A stretch of DNA of 63,793 bases, the filler included, from Hausera hauseri (lineage: Eukaryota): assembly GCA_046269625.1 (NCBI GenBank). It is 11 parts of 11 records of this genome, joined end to end, with 100 filler letters (N's around TTAATTAATTAA, not from the genome) between each part and the next. Parts side by side here need not be neighbours in the genome. Positions count along the whole stretch, not along the records: positions 1 to 4,597 come from JBJURY010512128.1; positions 4,698 to 11,525 come from JBJURY010061551.1; positions 11,626 to 15,749 come from JBJURY010746876.1; 8 more parts are not named here. One strand, 5' to 3'. Below the pieces are notes generated by a model. It was not told where the DNA came from, made no database searches, and was given only the letters and a program-made list of their open reading frames with translations. Below, one piece after another: positions 1-11,642 of this stretch (position 1 is the stretch's first letter; every line of letters begins with the position of its first letter). A program made the position numbers and the translations under genes.

Positions 1-1459
1 TTTTTGCTCGTTCGATTTCTGAATTCGTCATCTGTCCTATCACTATGGGAGATAACACGATGATGATTAGTAATAGGACATCCTTTATCTGGAGTTTACT
101 TGTTGAATCTATTTCGGTTACTTTATCACTAATGCTACATACCAATTCTTTCTCACCTTTTCTTAGTTCACTCTCCTTGGCAGCGGGCTTACATCTATTA
201 ACATGGACTTTCATTGAAGTATTATTTTTCTTCAAACAAATATTTGGTAAGCATACTTTTTCTACCTCATATGGTCCTTTATATGGTCTATCTAACTTAG
301 ATGTTTTACCCGTTTTAATTGCTGGTGAATACAGCGTTACTTGGTCACCTATTTTGATTTTAGGCTGTTTGGTCTTTTGATCGTAGTACTTTTTATATTT
401 TAATTTATAATCCTTCTGGTTATTGCCAATCATTTTATATGCTAATTGAAAGCGTTCCTGCATTAACTGCTTATAATCTTCTATTTCCATTAAATGTGAA
501 ATTGGTTTCACCGTAGAATCTAGATCGATTGGTAATCTCGCGTCCCGTAGATACATTAGGTAGAAGGGTGTCTCTTTAGTAGCTTCATAAACCGATGTAC
601 AATTTACAAAAACACATGCATTGATGTATTCTTCCCAATCGTCTTGTCTAGTATTTACCACCGTCTGTGACTTTCCTTTTAAGTCTCTAATTTATCTTTC
701 GACCATTCGTTTGTTCTCTGGATGTCCTAGTATGGACCGTAGCTTCAATATCCTTATTATGTCATATGTAGCTTGCATTACACTTCCCGTTAGGTTTTAT
801 GCTTGGTCGGTTAACAATATTCTGGAGCTCCATAATTAAACGCGAAATTTTCTACAAATTTCTCGGCGATTGTTTCTGCTTTCATGTCGATCATTGCTAG
901 AGTAACGACCCAAGGAGTAAATGGTCGATAAAAACTAGAATGTATTTGTTTCCGTTCCTTGTTAGTAGTAATGATCCTGTTATGTCTATTGCAGTAAACT
1001 CGAATGGAGGTGGCGGGTTGTCCCATACTTTGAGAGGAGCCTTAAATTTAGATCCAGTATTTTTCCGGGTGGAGCATAGTTGGCATCAATCGCACTATTT
1101 TTGGATGTCTTTCGTCATTGTTGGCCAAAATATTTCTGTTTTCCTTGCTGATTGGTGTCCGCCGAGTAGACCGTCGTGATATTGGATTGGCAAAACTGTT
1201 CTGTTCTTTTTAGGAATTACTAGAGCTGGTCCGTTCTGGTGAATATAGCATAAGAATCCTCCATTCTCTTTGTAGGCTTCACTAAAGCGAGCGTGATGGT
1301 GTGCTAATTTTTTATCAATTGGTATTGTTTTGTTCTGTATATATTTTCTAATGACTTTTATTTCCAGATCTTCATCTTTATTTGCCTTAATATTCTCCAC
1401 TGATCCATCCATGCTCCATACTGCTGCTGTTACTTTCTTTTTTACTTTCGGTTCCTCTG
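1..1459 (-). pseudogene. Integrase with in-frame C-terminal signal-peptide-like extension
   Basis: HDGLLGGH zinc-binding region, LDRPYKGPYEV (GPY/F), then in frame ...KLQIKDVLLLIIIVLSPIVIGQMTNSEIERAK to the contig end. Confidence 0.85.
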
Positions 1460-2440
1460 TCATTCTTGACAGATAATCTGCATTTGTATTTCGTGTTCCA
1501 GGCTTATACTGGAAGTTTGATGTTTAGGGCTGTAGTTAAGGGCCCACTGTAATAGTCGACTATTTCGGTTTTTATGTTGCTTTAGCCATTGTAACAGTTG
1601 ATGATCTGTATATACCAATAATGATTTATTTTCGCTAACGTAAGGAGAAAATACTTCTAGTGCAAATACTACCGCTAACAACTTCTTTTCAATTACTGCA
1701 TATTTCTTTTGCTGCTTGTTAAGGTTTCTTTAGGAATAAGCCACTGGATGTTCTTTTTCGTCATCGCCATTTTGTGATAAAACTTCTCCAACCCCACAAT
1801 CACTCGCATACGTTGCTAGTATAAATGGTTTAGTCATATCTGGATAGATTAGAATAGGAGCCGTTAATAATATATCTTTCAGGTATTTGAAAGCTTTTTG
1901 GCACTTACGTATCTATAATAATTTTTCTAGATCTTCTCGTAATAGTTTGTATACAGGTTTGACTATTTTAATAAAATCCTTTATAAATCTTCGGTAGTAA
2001 TTTGTCAGTCCTAGGAATTGACGTAATTCTCTAACCGTAGTTGGTTTTGGAAAGTGTTCGATTTTACCTAAGAGTTTGTCTTGAGGCTTTACACCATATC
2101 TGTCGACTCGATGTCCCAAGAAATCTACTTCAGCTTAAGCAAATTAACATTTGTTTGGGTTTATTTTCAAGCCCATTATCTCGCATCTATCGAAGTGATC
2201 TTGCAAATCTTTTAAATGCTGCTGAATGTTTGATGATGCGATTATTACATCGTCAACGTACACCATGGCATGTGATGCACCTAAAAGTAGTAACTCCGCT
2301 CTTCTTTGAAATGTTGGTGGGCCGTTTTTCCATCCAAATGGCATACTATTGAATTCCCATAATCCTTCGCCTATTGAGAACGCTGTCTTCGCTTTATCTT
2401 CTTCCCTTACTTCTACTTGCCAATAATCTTTTTGTTGTTC
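1460..2440 (-). pseudogene. pol: Reverse transcriptase / RNase H, disrupted
   Basis: YWQV..KTAF..GLWEFNSMPFG, YVDDVII, LRQFLGLTNYYRRFI, YTDHQ. Confidence 0.92.
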
Positions 2441-2545
2441 GTTTACAAATCTTAATTTCAGCATGCAATACCATCTTAATGTCTTCCTCGGTACCGAATG
2501 CTCCAATGTTTACTAACGTTGTTTCCCGTTTTCTTAATTTCTTCT

Positions 2546-3061
2546 TTAATTCCGTAGGTAACAAACGTTTCCCATAATTGTAGTTGTAGATCCTGTGTTT
2601 ATCAGTGCAGATATTGGATAACCGTTCACTTCGATGTCTATCTCCGGTCTTAATGCTGATTGTGGCTCGTTTTTCTCCGTCGTTTGATATGTAGGCTCGC
2701 GAATACGTGATATAGGATTCTCATCGTATCTTTGCTTCATTTGTAGTACTTGATACACGGGATACATTCCTACATCCTTTGCATATTGGGGAGCAGATGG
2801 ATTTCTCAGGATTTGTTCATCATAGACTAATCCGTGATATTCGTCTGCCGGGTTTAATTGTGGTAAATCAGTTACTAGTCTCCGCCTATATTTCTGTTTT
2901 CGCGGTTTCAATGCAAATCCTTTTATTCTTGTTACATATTTATTACTGGTTAGTTCAATGCGGAGGTCGTCATTATCATTGTCATTTTTTCCATTTATTG
3001 TGCGGTAGGGCGAGTCCTTTTCAATGTCTTTTTTTAAGTATTTTTTTCCACGCGGCATCAT
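2546..3061 (-). pseudogene. Post-TM linker and N-terminal half of aspartic protease
   Basis: RPEIDIEVNGYPISALINTGSTTTI (catalytic DTG mutated to NTG). The rest of PR and the RT N-terminus appear deleted near 2440. Confidence 0.8.
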
Positions 3062-3069
3062 GATTTGCG

Positions 3070-4597
3070 AAGAAACAACTAGCTACTGCCGGTACTACTG
3101 CTATTAGAATCTTCCATTAGCAGCAAACTGCCGCATTTATTCTATATGCATTACCAAGCGCGGTGAATACTGTTCGTAGGGCACTAATAATGAAGTATAT
3201 CGTTAGAAAACCTGATGCTGCTTGACCGAAGTATAAGAATTTTCCCCACATCTTTTCCATAACAATTCTTGTTACTTTCTTCAAATAATCTTTTCCCATG
3301 AAGTTTTCCCATTGTGGTAAACTTTCTCCGTCCCACATTATTCTTGTTAATTCCGTTATCACTTGTTGTCTATGTTGAAGAAACAACAACATGCGTCGAT
3401 AGTCTTTTAAATTTTGTTGGGTATAGATGCCTCCTTTGGTTATACCCCTAAGTGGTTCAAATTTCTGATTTCTTTGTAGATTTATTAGACTCAGCGTTTC
3501 TGACTTTGCCACTTCTTCTCTTTTTGGCATGCTAGTCCATTTTTTATCGTATAGCTTGAACATGGGTGACATGTTGAATGTACAATTGTCCTATTGAGTT
3601 GGCTTTGCGTTGGGTTCTAACAGTATTCTTGTTACTGGCATTATGTACCTCAGTTCTGTGTGATAGACCACTGGTGATTCGGAGTTACATTATTTAGTGG
3701 GTCTTATCATGAATTCTACATTTTTACATTCAATGGTGATTAATATTTTGCCCGTTACTCTTACAATTACTCCGTCACCGAACGGCATTACTGTTGTTAC
3801 CATATCTGGATTCGTTATTACTAAGGCCATTTTGTTACGTATGATTTCGTAATTCAGCTTACACTCGTTCATTATTATATTTCTGTACAAGCTTCTTATC
3901 TTTTTTCTAACGTAATTAATTAAATAGTCAATCTTTTTGTCGAAATATTACGTTAGTTTTACATCGTTTTTATCTATCTTTATCTTTGCTGCAGGTATCT
4001 CCTTTGGTGATAGAAAGATACCCTTATAATTAGTACTAGATATTTCTTCGTTGCATCTACTTATCGTTCCTGTGATTTTAAATCTTATTATTTCTTCTGG
4101 ATTCTCCGAATACACGATTGTGGCCACTTTTGTCATCTTAACTTCCTTCGTTCATTCTTTATACATTGCTGTTTCCTTTTCAGCCGTTTTATCCACTGTC
4201 TTATTAAATTTTCCTTCTTTCAACAACGTCAAATTACACCGATTTGTCGATGATTCTCATGTCATTTTTATTCTCCAGTATCGCATTCACCGTTATCGTA
4301 TTAGTATTCACTCATTGTTGTCATTACCTTTGTTTGCGCATTAAACAGTGCTTCGTACTCCTTCAGTTGGACTTAATAATCTTCGGTTGCTACTGTTCTT
4401 GGGGCAATAACACCTTCAGCATCGTAATTTACTCCAACACAAGTACCTTCCATGGTTTTATCAATTCTTTCTGCCCTAAAAATTTGGGTGTATTTTATTC
4501 TGTTCCAGACTGCGGGTATGTGTGCATGTTGAATAGTTATTATTCCTATCTTTAAAGCGTCCTGACATTCTGCTCGCGATATTATTATTGATTCAAA
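3070..4597 (-). pseudogene. env: Chuvirus (Jingchuvirales)-type glycoprotein / env, disrupted
   Basis: EGTCVGVNY, RCNEEISSTNY, LYRNIIMNECKLNYEIIRNKMAL, GVIVRVTGKILITIECKNV, GGIYTQQNL, WGKFLYFGQAASGFLTIYFII. Collinear with the contig 2 glycoprotein and with the chuvirus-like G motif series. Confidence 0.85.
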
Positions 4598-4697
4598 NNN
4601 NNNNNNNNNNNNNNNNNNNNNNNNNNNNNNNNNNNNNNNNNTTAATTAATTAANNNNNNNNNNNNNNNNNNNNNNNNNNNNNNNNNNNNNNNNNNNN
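4598..4697. other. Artificial contig-joining spacer (first of 10)
   Basis: 44 N + TTAATTAATTAA (stops in all six frames) + 44 N. Identical spacers at 11526-11625, 15750-15849, 20154-20253, 25949-26048, 31759-31858, 37391-37490, 41434-41533, 54795-54894 and 59586-59685. Confidence 0.98.
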
Positions 4698-5591
4698 TAC
4701 TACATGATGCTTATCCCGAGCAGGGATGATTAGTTGGAGTTTCGGCTCCCTTTCATAAATTTTGGCTAATTCTGATGAGTACAGGCGATAGGTCAAGTTA
4801 TAAGTATGTCCGAATTTTGTTTCACAACATTGGGTAAGTTTTCCTGGTTCGAAATCGCAATTCGTGGTTTCTTTTGTTATTTGATCCTCTAAAGCAATCT
4901 GAACCCTTCCAGAATTCCGATGTGGTCTCCATATCTTAAATCCCACGCATGTGGAGTTAGGTGAATAATAGTGGAGCGTTATCGCTTGTAATAGTTTTAT
5001 ATTTTCTTGATCTTGATTTGCCTTGGCTGTTTGAAATTCGTAACTACTATACAATCTAGCTTGTGTCTTCGGAATATATAAGGCAATTAGCGATAATGCT
5101 AAAATTATTTGAACATAAGATATTGGCCTAGTAATTATAGAGGACGTCTTCGTTTTCTTTTTATCTTGATGCGAATTGGATCGTAGGTTGTAACGCTTTT
5201 CTGGCTTTATTTCTGTTTTAACAACTCTTTGAATAGATACTACCTCTTCCTTTCCATTTTTATTAATGTACACCGTAGTTGGTGTAGTTCGAATTACTTC
5301 ATAAGGTCCTCGTCCGGTGCGAGTGAGTTTTAATGATGTGCCTTTCTTTGCGACTGGGTAGTGTACATAGACCCAATTTCCCTTTTCCAGATCGTGAGGT
5401 TTAGCCTTTTTATCGTATTGTTTCTTAAACTGTTCTTGATACTCAAGAGTGAGCGTCTTAGCGATATCCCAACATTTTTGTAATCGTGTTTGTATGACTT
5501 CCGCGAAATTCGGCTCTAAATCTTCTGGATTTGCTTCATATGGAGTCATCCCTAAGTCCGTAGGCAAGATTGCTTCGCGTCCGTACATCAT
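4698..5591 (-). CDS. Integrase C-terminus fused to a signal peptide and Cys-containing domain (truncated by contig end)
   Basis: YGREAILP, GRGPYEV, RYNLRS, then VQIILALSLIALYIPKTQA followed by about 120 further open codons. Confidence 0.85.
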
Positions 5592-7729
5592 AAAAATGGT
5601 GTAAATCCTGTGGCAGGGTGCGGTGTAGTATTGATAGCGAATTGCGTTCCTTCCAAAAATTCATCCCAATCTTTCTGATCTTTCGCTACTACGGTTGATA
5701 AAACACGTACAACCGTTGCATTCATACGTTCGACCATCCCATTGCACTGAGGGTGATAAGCAGTAGTGGTTAATCGTTCGATTTCGAAGATTTTAGAGAT
5801 TTTATCGAATAATTCGCTTGTAAAGTTCCTTCCCCTATCCGTCAATATTTGATCAGGTGGTCCATATCTGCAGATGATTTTTCTTACTACTGCATCAGCT
5901 AAAGTTTCCGCTTTCTGATCGATTAGTGCGATCAACTCCACAAAGTGTGTTAAACGATCTACGCATGTCAATATATATTTATTGTTTTTATGAGTCGTGG
6001 GCAGGGGTCCTACTATATCCATAGACATAGCCTGCATAGGTCTATCCGGTACGCCGATTGGTTTCAATTCTGCTATATAATTCTTTACTTTTCTTTGTTT
6101 TGTTGCGCAGACTTCGCAAGCGTCTACCCAATTTTTTACATCGATATAAACGCTTGGCCAGTAGTACTTATTCAATATTCTTTCCAACGTCTTCTTCCAG
6201 GACATATGTCCGGCTAAATGCGAGTCGTGTTCAGCCATTAATACTTCTGTTCGCAATCCTTTTGGGATAACTACCAATTTTCGTCCCTTTCGTTCATAGT
6301 ACAGAATATTATCTGGATTTGATGCATGATATTTGTGTCCGTGTCTTTGTAGGTGTTTCTTTAGCTGACGTCCTTTTGGTATCTCGTCTTGCTCGGCAAA
6401 TTTAATTATTTGTTGAATAACCTTATCCTTAGCTTGTTCTGAAGCAATTCTGATCGTCTTATTTAGTGTTAGAGTCTGCTGTCGCTCGACTAATTCTTCT
6501 AGCTCTGCTTTCTTCATGGTCGTAATTGTACTTGTTTTTGTTTTTAGTCTTGATAAAGCATCGGCGTCCACATGTTTACTTCCGGGTTTATATTGAAATT
6601 CGATATTGTATCGAGAGATTTCTTCGATCCACCGGTTTAATCTACACGTCGGGTTATTGGCCCGTCCCTTTAGCGTCGTGACAGCCTTATGATCGGTAAC
6701 TATAATAATTTTCTGTCCGTAGACGTAGACATTAAAATGTCTCAAGGCTTCTTTTACGGCTAGTGTCTCTAGCTCGGTGACTGAATAATTCTTCTCAGCT
6801 TTCTTAAGCGATCGTCCTCCGTATGCAATTGGATGTTCCAATTCTTCATCTTCTCTTTTCTGTGCCAATTCATAACCAATCCCTTCTTTACTTGCGTCTG
6901 TTTTGATTATAAATGGTAAGTTAAAATCAGGGTATCTTAATACTGGTTCGCTTGTTAAAATTTTCTTCATTTCGTCGAACGCTTTCTGTTCGACGTCGGT
7001 CCATTTCCATTTGATGCCCTTTTTTAATAGCCGATATAATGGCGCGTTTATTTTCGAATTATCTGGCACATAAGTGGCATAATATCCGCATAAGCCTAAC
7101 CAATGTCTCAATTCTTTTTGATTTTGTGGTTCCATACAATCTGATATTTTGTTTAATAGAGATTTATCTGGTTTCGATCCTCCTTCTCCGACTATATGTC
7201 CGAGATAAGATACTGCATTTTGTGCCCATTTACATTTCTTGGGGTTCAATTTCAATCCGGCCTGTTCTAATCGCATGAGGGTATCTTCGATGTCCTTTAA
7301 GTGTTCGTTTTCTGTTTTCGATGCTATCATCACATCGTCTAAATATGCGAACGCATGATCAAGTCCCATTAACATTTTATTCATCATTCTGGTGAAAATG
7401 GCTGGTCCGGTTGTTATACCAAATGGCATGACGTTAAATTCGTATACCCCGTCGTGTGTTTTAAAAGCTGTTGTATAACGATCATCTTCTTCAATTTTCA
7501 CTTGCCAATATCCGGATTGTAAATCCAGTGTGGTAAACCATTTTGCTCCTGATAGTCTGTCTAGGGCTTCTTTTACTGACGGTAGTGGAAACGAGTCTTT
7601 CATCATAAGCGTGTTTAGGGCTCTGTAATCTATACAGAATCTGTGTTTTGTGGTACCCTTTTTCTTGAACATGAGTATTGGCGAGTACCAAGATCGGTAG
7701 CTTGGTCGTATTATGTCAGCCTTTAACAT
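5588..7729 (-). CDS. pol: Pol segment: RT, RNase H, integrase core (713 aa open)
   Basis: RFCIDYRALN, LDLQSGYWQV, YLDDVM; TDAS/ELE/TDH RNase H; H-x5-H..CEVC zinc finger; MDIVGP, TDRGRNF, GMVERMN (DDE). Confidence 0.97.
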   Translation of the reverse strand: MLKADIIRPSYRSWYSPILMFKKKGTTKHRFCIDYRALNTLMMKDSFPLPSVKEALDRLSGAKWFTTLDLQSGYWQVKIEEDDRYTTAFKTHDGVYEFNVMPFGITTGPAIFTRMMNKMLMGLDHAFAYLDDVMIASKTENEHLKDIEDTLMRLEQAGLKLNPKKCKWAQNAVSYLGHIVGEGGSKPDKSLLNKISDCMEPQNQKELRHWLGLCGYYATYVPDNSKINAPLYRLLKKGIKWKWTDVEQKAFDEMKKILTSEPVLRYPDFNLPFIIKTDASKEGIGYELAQKREDEELEHPIAYGGRSLKKAEKNYSVTELETLAVKEALRHFNVYVYGQKIIIVTDHKAVTTLKGRANNPTCRLNRWIEEISRYNIEFQYKPGSKHVDADALSRLKTKTSTITTMKKAELEELVERQQTLTLNKTIRIASEQAKDKVIQQIIKFAEQDEIPKGRQLKKHLQRHGHKYHASNPDNILYYERKGRKLVVIPKGLRTEVLMAEHDSHLAGHMSWKKTLERILNKYYWPSVYIDVKNWVDACEVCATKQRKVKNYIAELKPIGVPDRPMQAMSMDIVGPLPTTHKNNKYILTCVDRLTHFVELIALIDQKAETLADAVVRKIICRYGPPDQILTDRGRNFTSELFDKISKIFEIERLTTTAYHPQCNGMVERMNATVVRVLSTVVAKDQKDWDEFLEGTQFAINTTPHPATGFTPFL

Positions 7730-8206
7730 ACGTTCAACCTCTTTGGTTACTTCCGGCCCTAGTGAATGCGGTGGTGGATATCATTTAGGCATCTTCTGCT
7801 CTTCCAAATCAATTTCATCATTGGAGCCAGGTTTCTTTTTTAATGGAATCGTTAATCTTAAGGTTTTCGCTCTGCCTATATCTTCTTCATTTTGTGCAAT
7901 GATTGACTTATATTTGCATAGTAATTTTTAAAATTGACAATATGCTTTTGGTGAAAATTTAGTTTTAACATGAGGTGGGAATTCGGCATTTTTATATAGT
8001 TTTTCTTTAATTGTTATTGCTGAAACCTTATAAGTATGACCCAATGTAGTATTAGCATACAGCTTTGCAGGCGTTAGTGCATTATTTACTAATCTGATTG
8101 GTACTCTTCCTGTCGTTACTCTCGTCGAAATGTTGCTAAGTATGATATTTGGATTTACATCATCTTGTGGCTCAAAATATACTGGTTGGTCATCTTCTTC
8201 GCGGAT

Positions 8207-8683
8207 TTAAGCATAAATTAACATTTCGGTTCTGGGTGGAATATTTTCGTCAAAGGGGATATATTCTCCCTGTTTCCTTTCTTTCATTGTCTTAATACTT
8301 TTTATTGGTCCAATTTCAAGTAGTTTTTTCGTCTGTAAATTTATTGCGATATTAGGTAATCGTTTCAGTATATCACATCCTAATACTACGTCGTCGGTAA
8401 GCTGGTCCATTATGGCGAAGTCGTGTCGAAGGATTTGGCCCATTAATTGGACTAGAGGACTCCATTTAAACTTTGGTTTGAATTCTTGACCGAAGGCTTC
8501 TATGCTGCCTGGGTCTGATGATGATGCTGGCTGCAGTTGCTTTCGTAGTGTCGGCGGTATTGATTCTAATTTTATAAACGACTTCTCTGATCCGGTGTCT
8601 ATTAAGGCATAGACTTCCCAATTTTCTATAGTAACTTTTGTAAAGGGTCTTCCTTCCATGACTGTCCCATAACAACTCGACAC
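8207..8683 (-). CDS. Retropepsin aspartic protease domain
   Basis: RPFTKVTIENWEVYALIDTGSEKSFI ... DVVLGCDIL. Confidence 0.9.
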   Translation of the reverse strand: MSSCYGTVMEGRPFTKVTIENWEVYALIDTGSEKSFIKLESIPPTLRKQLQPASSSDPGSIEAFGQEFKPKFKWSPLVQLMGQILRHDFAIMDQLTDDVVLGCDILKRLPNIAINLQTKKLLEIGPIKSIKTMKERKQGEYIPFDENIPPRTEMLIYA

Positions 8684-9329
8684 GTCCTTTGGTATTTAAT
8701 CGAAGAAATCTTATGTCCGTTTATCGTTATCTCTGGTGATGAAATAATATTTTCGGTCAGCTGTTTCAGTTCTTCGTTAGGGTATAAATCGTTAACTGCC
8801 ATGCTATTTGCATTACTTCTGATTAATGGTTCTTGTACTATCGGATTTTGGAACGATTTCACTCCTTGAGTTCCCCAGACTGTTGATCTGGTTTCTATAT
8901 TGCGAGCTATTCTCGGTGAGTACAATATCCTATGGTCATCTTCTGCTCGTCTTTGATTAGTGATCTGCATTTTCTTTAATACTCCGTATTGTTTTGTTCC
9001 TTCATAAGGACCTTTATAGCTAAAAGGTTTCTGACAGAATGCCGATCTATATGACATCATAGATGTTCTGTCGCAATCTTCGTATATTGGAGCCGTTGAC
9101 GGCATGATGGGCAAAGATGCCTTGATTACTGAATACATTTTGTGTCTATTTGGTCCGAGAATTACTTCTCCTTCCTTAGGCTCATCATCATTTGAATTAT
9201 TTATTCGCGTCATTGGTTTCTTAACCTTGGGTTTTAGTCGAAATATGGGCCTTGCTCGTCGTTTGTAATTATAATAGCCGACATGGCGTTCAAAGTCATT
9301 TTTCCATCGATTATTTTCATACGCTTTAA

Positions 9330-11150
9330 GCATTTTACCGAACGGTGTGATGATTGCGGTTAAGATCTTGCAGGAAAATCCTGTTAGCGTGAATGTTTCA
9401 TACCCGTTTATAACTGCTTGGATTACCGCTTTTACTAGTTGTGCCAAAAAATAGATGGCTAAAAATCCAGATGCGGCTTGTCCAAAAATTAAAAATCTTC
9501 CTTATATTTTGTAGAGTATTTCGGTGGTTACTCGTTGGTAATGGTTTGCACCAAGCAAGCATTCCCATTTAGCCTGATATTGGGTATCGTCTACTACTGA
9601 TGCCATGGCTCGGTTTAATTCCTGTGTTCGCTGTCGTGGAAAAGCAAGAAATTGTCGAAAAACTTCGATCTCTTTTGGTCGATAAATGCCTTTTTGAGAC
9701 GTATCCTGGAACTTTTCGTCAGTAATTCCTTTTGCTAAATTAGTTCCAGTTAGTTTTTTAGGGATAATAGTTACACCTCCGTTGGGTAAGCTGACCCAAT
9801 CCGTTTCGCTACGCCTAAACATCGGTTCGCCCAAACTTGCTTTACAATCTTTTAAAATCGTGGGTTGGGTTGCATTATCGAGCAACACTCTAGTGAGGGG
9901 CATGGCTAGACGTGGAGCATTCTGGTAGATTACAGGGAGCTCTTGTTTAAATCGTTTTTCTTCAACATTAATTGGTACATCTCTTTTCTCGCATTCATAT
10001 GTCAGTAAAACTTCTCCAGTAACCCGGCCAAAAATTCCTTCTTTCATGGAAATAATCGGTGAGGCTAACTCCGAATTCGCATAAATAAGAGCTATTTTTG
10101 TTCTCATAATTTCCGTATCTAATTTGCAGTCATTAGTTATCATTTTGTGGTACAGTTCGGCTATTCCGACTTGTCCTTTATAGTAAAAATAATCATCTCG
10201 GTTTTTCAGATAATCCTCGATTCTAATATTTTGCTTTTCTAAATTATATGTTTTCGCGTTTATCTCCGTTTCTGCGACGAAGAGCGCTTCGTAGTTAGTG
10301 TTAAAAATTGCCATTTCACATCGTGAAATCACTTCCCTTTTTATGAATTTCAATCCATGCTGATCAGAGATTAATATCGTAGGTGTATGATGCTCTGATA
10401 CATCTTCACGTGCTCTTGAACCGATGTCGAATTTGTTTACGTATCGTTTTCCGGTAGTTTCATTAAATTTCAATTCCTTAATCGTAATAAAACTACAATC
10501 CTTTTCGGTGGGTGGCTCCCATATGACGACAGAGCTTCTGAAGACACAAGTTCCGTTTTGCATATGACAATTTTGATTCTCAGTATATAACTTAGTGACG
10601 CTATGGAACATTACTTTTTGAACTCGAATTTCCGATTTGTAAAAGTGTACTACCACTACGTTTGCTTCCAGTCCTTTTCCGGTATCGTATTCCGTTCCAC
10701 TACAGTGCCCGTTATGCATATTCAGTCTTCCGGCTACTATCTTATACTCTCTGATTATTTTTCCAGGTTGCATTTCTAATTCAATGTTATCCCATTTCAG
10801 TTTTCAGGTTTCTTTGGCTTGTTTGCAATGTTGTCTTTCCAAATTCATTGGAATTGGAGCGGTTGTTGGTTTAATTATCGAGGAGTGTCCGTGCATTAAC
10901 CCACAGTGAAAAATACTACGAGATCGTCTCAACATACATTCCATGTCATCCAAAGATATCAGCTCTTGTTGTTGGTATAGGAAATAACTCTTCTCCTTTG
11001 TTCCCAATTTATGGAGTCTGGCATTCTCACATGCTTCTAAATCCATTAATGAATATTTTTGTCCTAGCTTAATCTAACGCAATCGTAGACGGTGACAGCA
11101 CCCATCTGTTTTATTAACATCATTATGGTAAGCAAACTGATTAACCAATT
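9330..11150 (-). pseudogene. env: Chuvirus-type (class III-like) fusion glycoprotein with internal signal peptide and C-terminal TM
   Basis: WLISLLTIMMLIKQMGA|VTVYDC, SLMDLEAC, FHCGLMHGHSS, GHCSGTEY, LYHKMITNDCKL, GIFGRVTGEVLLTYEC, QELPV, PLTRVL, KGIYRPKE, FLIFGQAASGFLAIYFL. ORFs 11064-11255, 10804-11046, 9502-10773 and the start of 8626-9447. Confidence 0.88.
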
Positions 11151-11642
11151 TGATTCGTTCTTCCGGTTGTTGTTATTTGTTGTCGTCAGGTTCCGTATGA
11201 TATCTCCGAGTCCGTTGTTATTTCTGGTTCTTTTATCCTCTTCCCTATTAAACAATTTCGGCCAATTTACTTCGCATGGAAGCTTCCTAGCTGCTTTTCA
11301 TGCCAAGCTCGTAGCTTGGTTTAGTTCATTTTCTCAAATTGGATTTGTCTTAATCGCCAAGTACAATAATGCTTTCCTTAGCTCTTCTATTGTATTTTCC
11401 ACCATAATTTTTTCAACTATTGCGTCGTCAGTTAGGCTACTTTTCGACAGTTTGAAACGTGAACTCCTCATTTTTCTAGCTGCGTTAAATATCGTCTTTT
11501 CCTTATCATCTAGTGTATCTCCACGNNNNNNNNNNNNNNNNNNNNNNNNNNNNNNNNNNNNNNNNNNNNTTAATTAATTAANNNNNNNNNNNNNNNNNNN
11601 NNNNNNNNNNNNNNNNNNNNNNNNNAACGAGATGGCCGCACA

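Larger units (their letters stand above)
1..4597 (-). mobile_element. Decayed Ty3/Gypsy LTR retroelement internal region, order glycoprotein-PR-RT-RH-IN-signal peptide (family B)
   Basis: Minus-strand fragments in this order: Cys-rich glycoprotein, INTGS protease, YVDD RT, RNase H, integrase with GPY motif, then a hydrophobic signal-like stretch. Many stops and frameshifts. Confidence 0.9.
4698..11525 (-). mobile_element. Ty3/Gypsy LTR retroelement internal region, order X-glycoprotein-PR-RT-RH-IN-secreted domain (family A)
   Basis: A near-continuous minus-strand reading path broken by a few stops and 1-nt shifts. RT-RH-IN order identifies Ty3/Gypsy. Confidence 0.93.

Noticed and set aside
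4598-4697. TTAATTAATTAA as a biological motif, and ORFs running into N runs
   Set aside because: Identical synthetic spacer at all ten joins; adjacency across spacers carries no information.
9330-11150. Stand-alone chuvirus endogenous viral element
   Set aside because: No nucleoprotein or L remnants; the glycoprotein is continuous with retroelement frames in three contigs.
9502-11525. Alternative genetic code explaining in-frame stops
   Set aside because: TAA, TAG, TGA and frameshifts all occur at scattered positions that differ between copies, which fits pseudogene decay.
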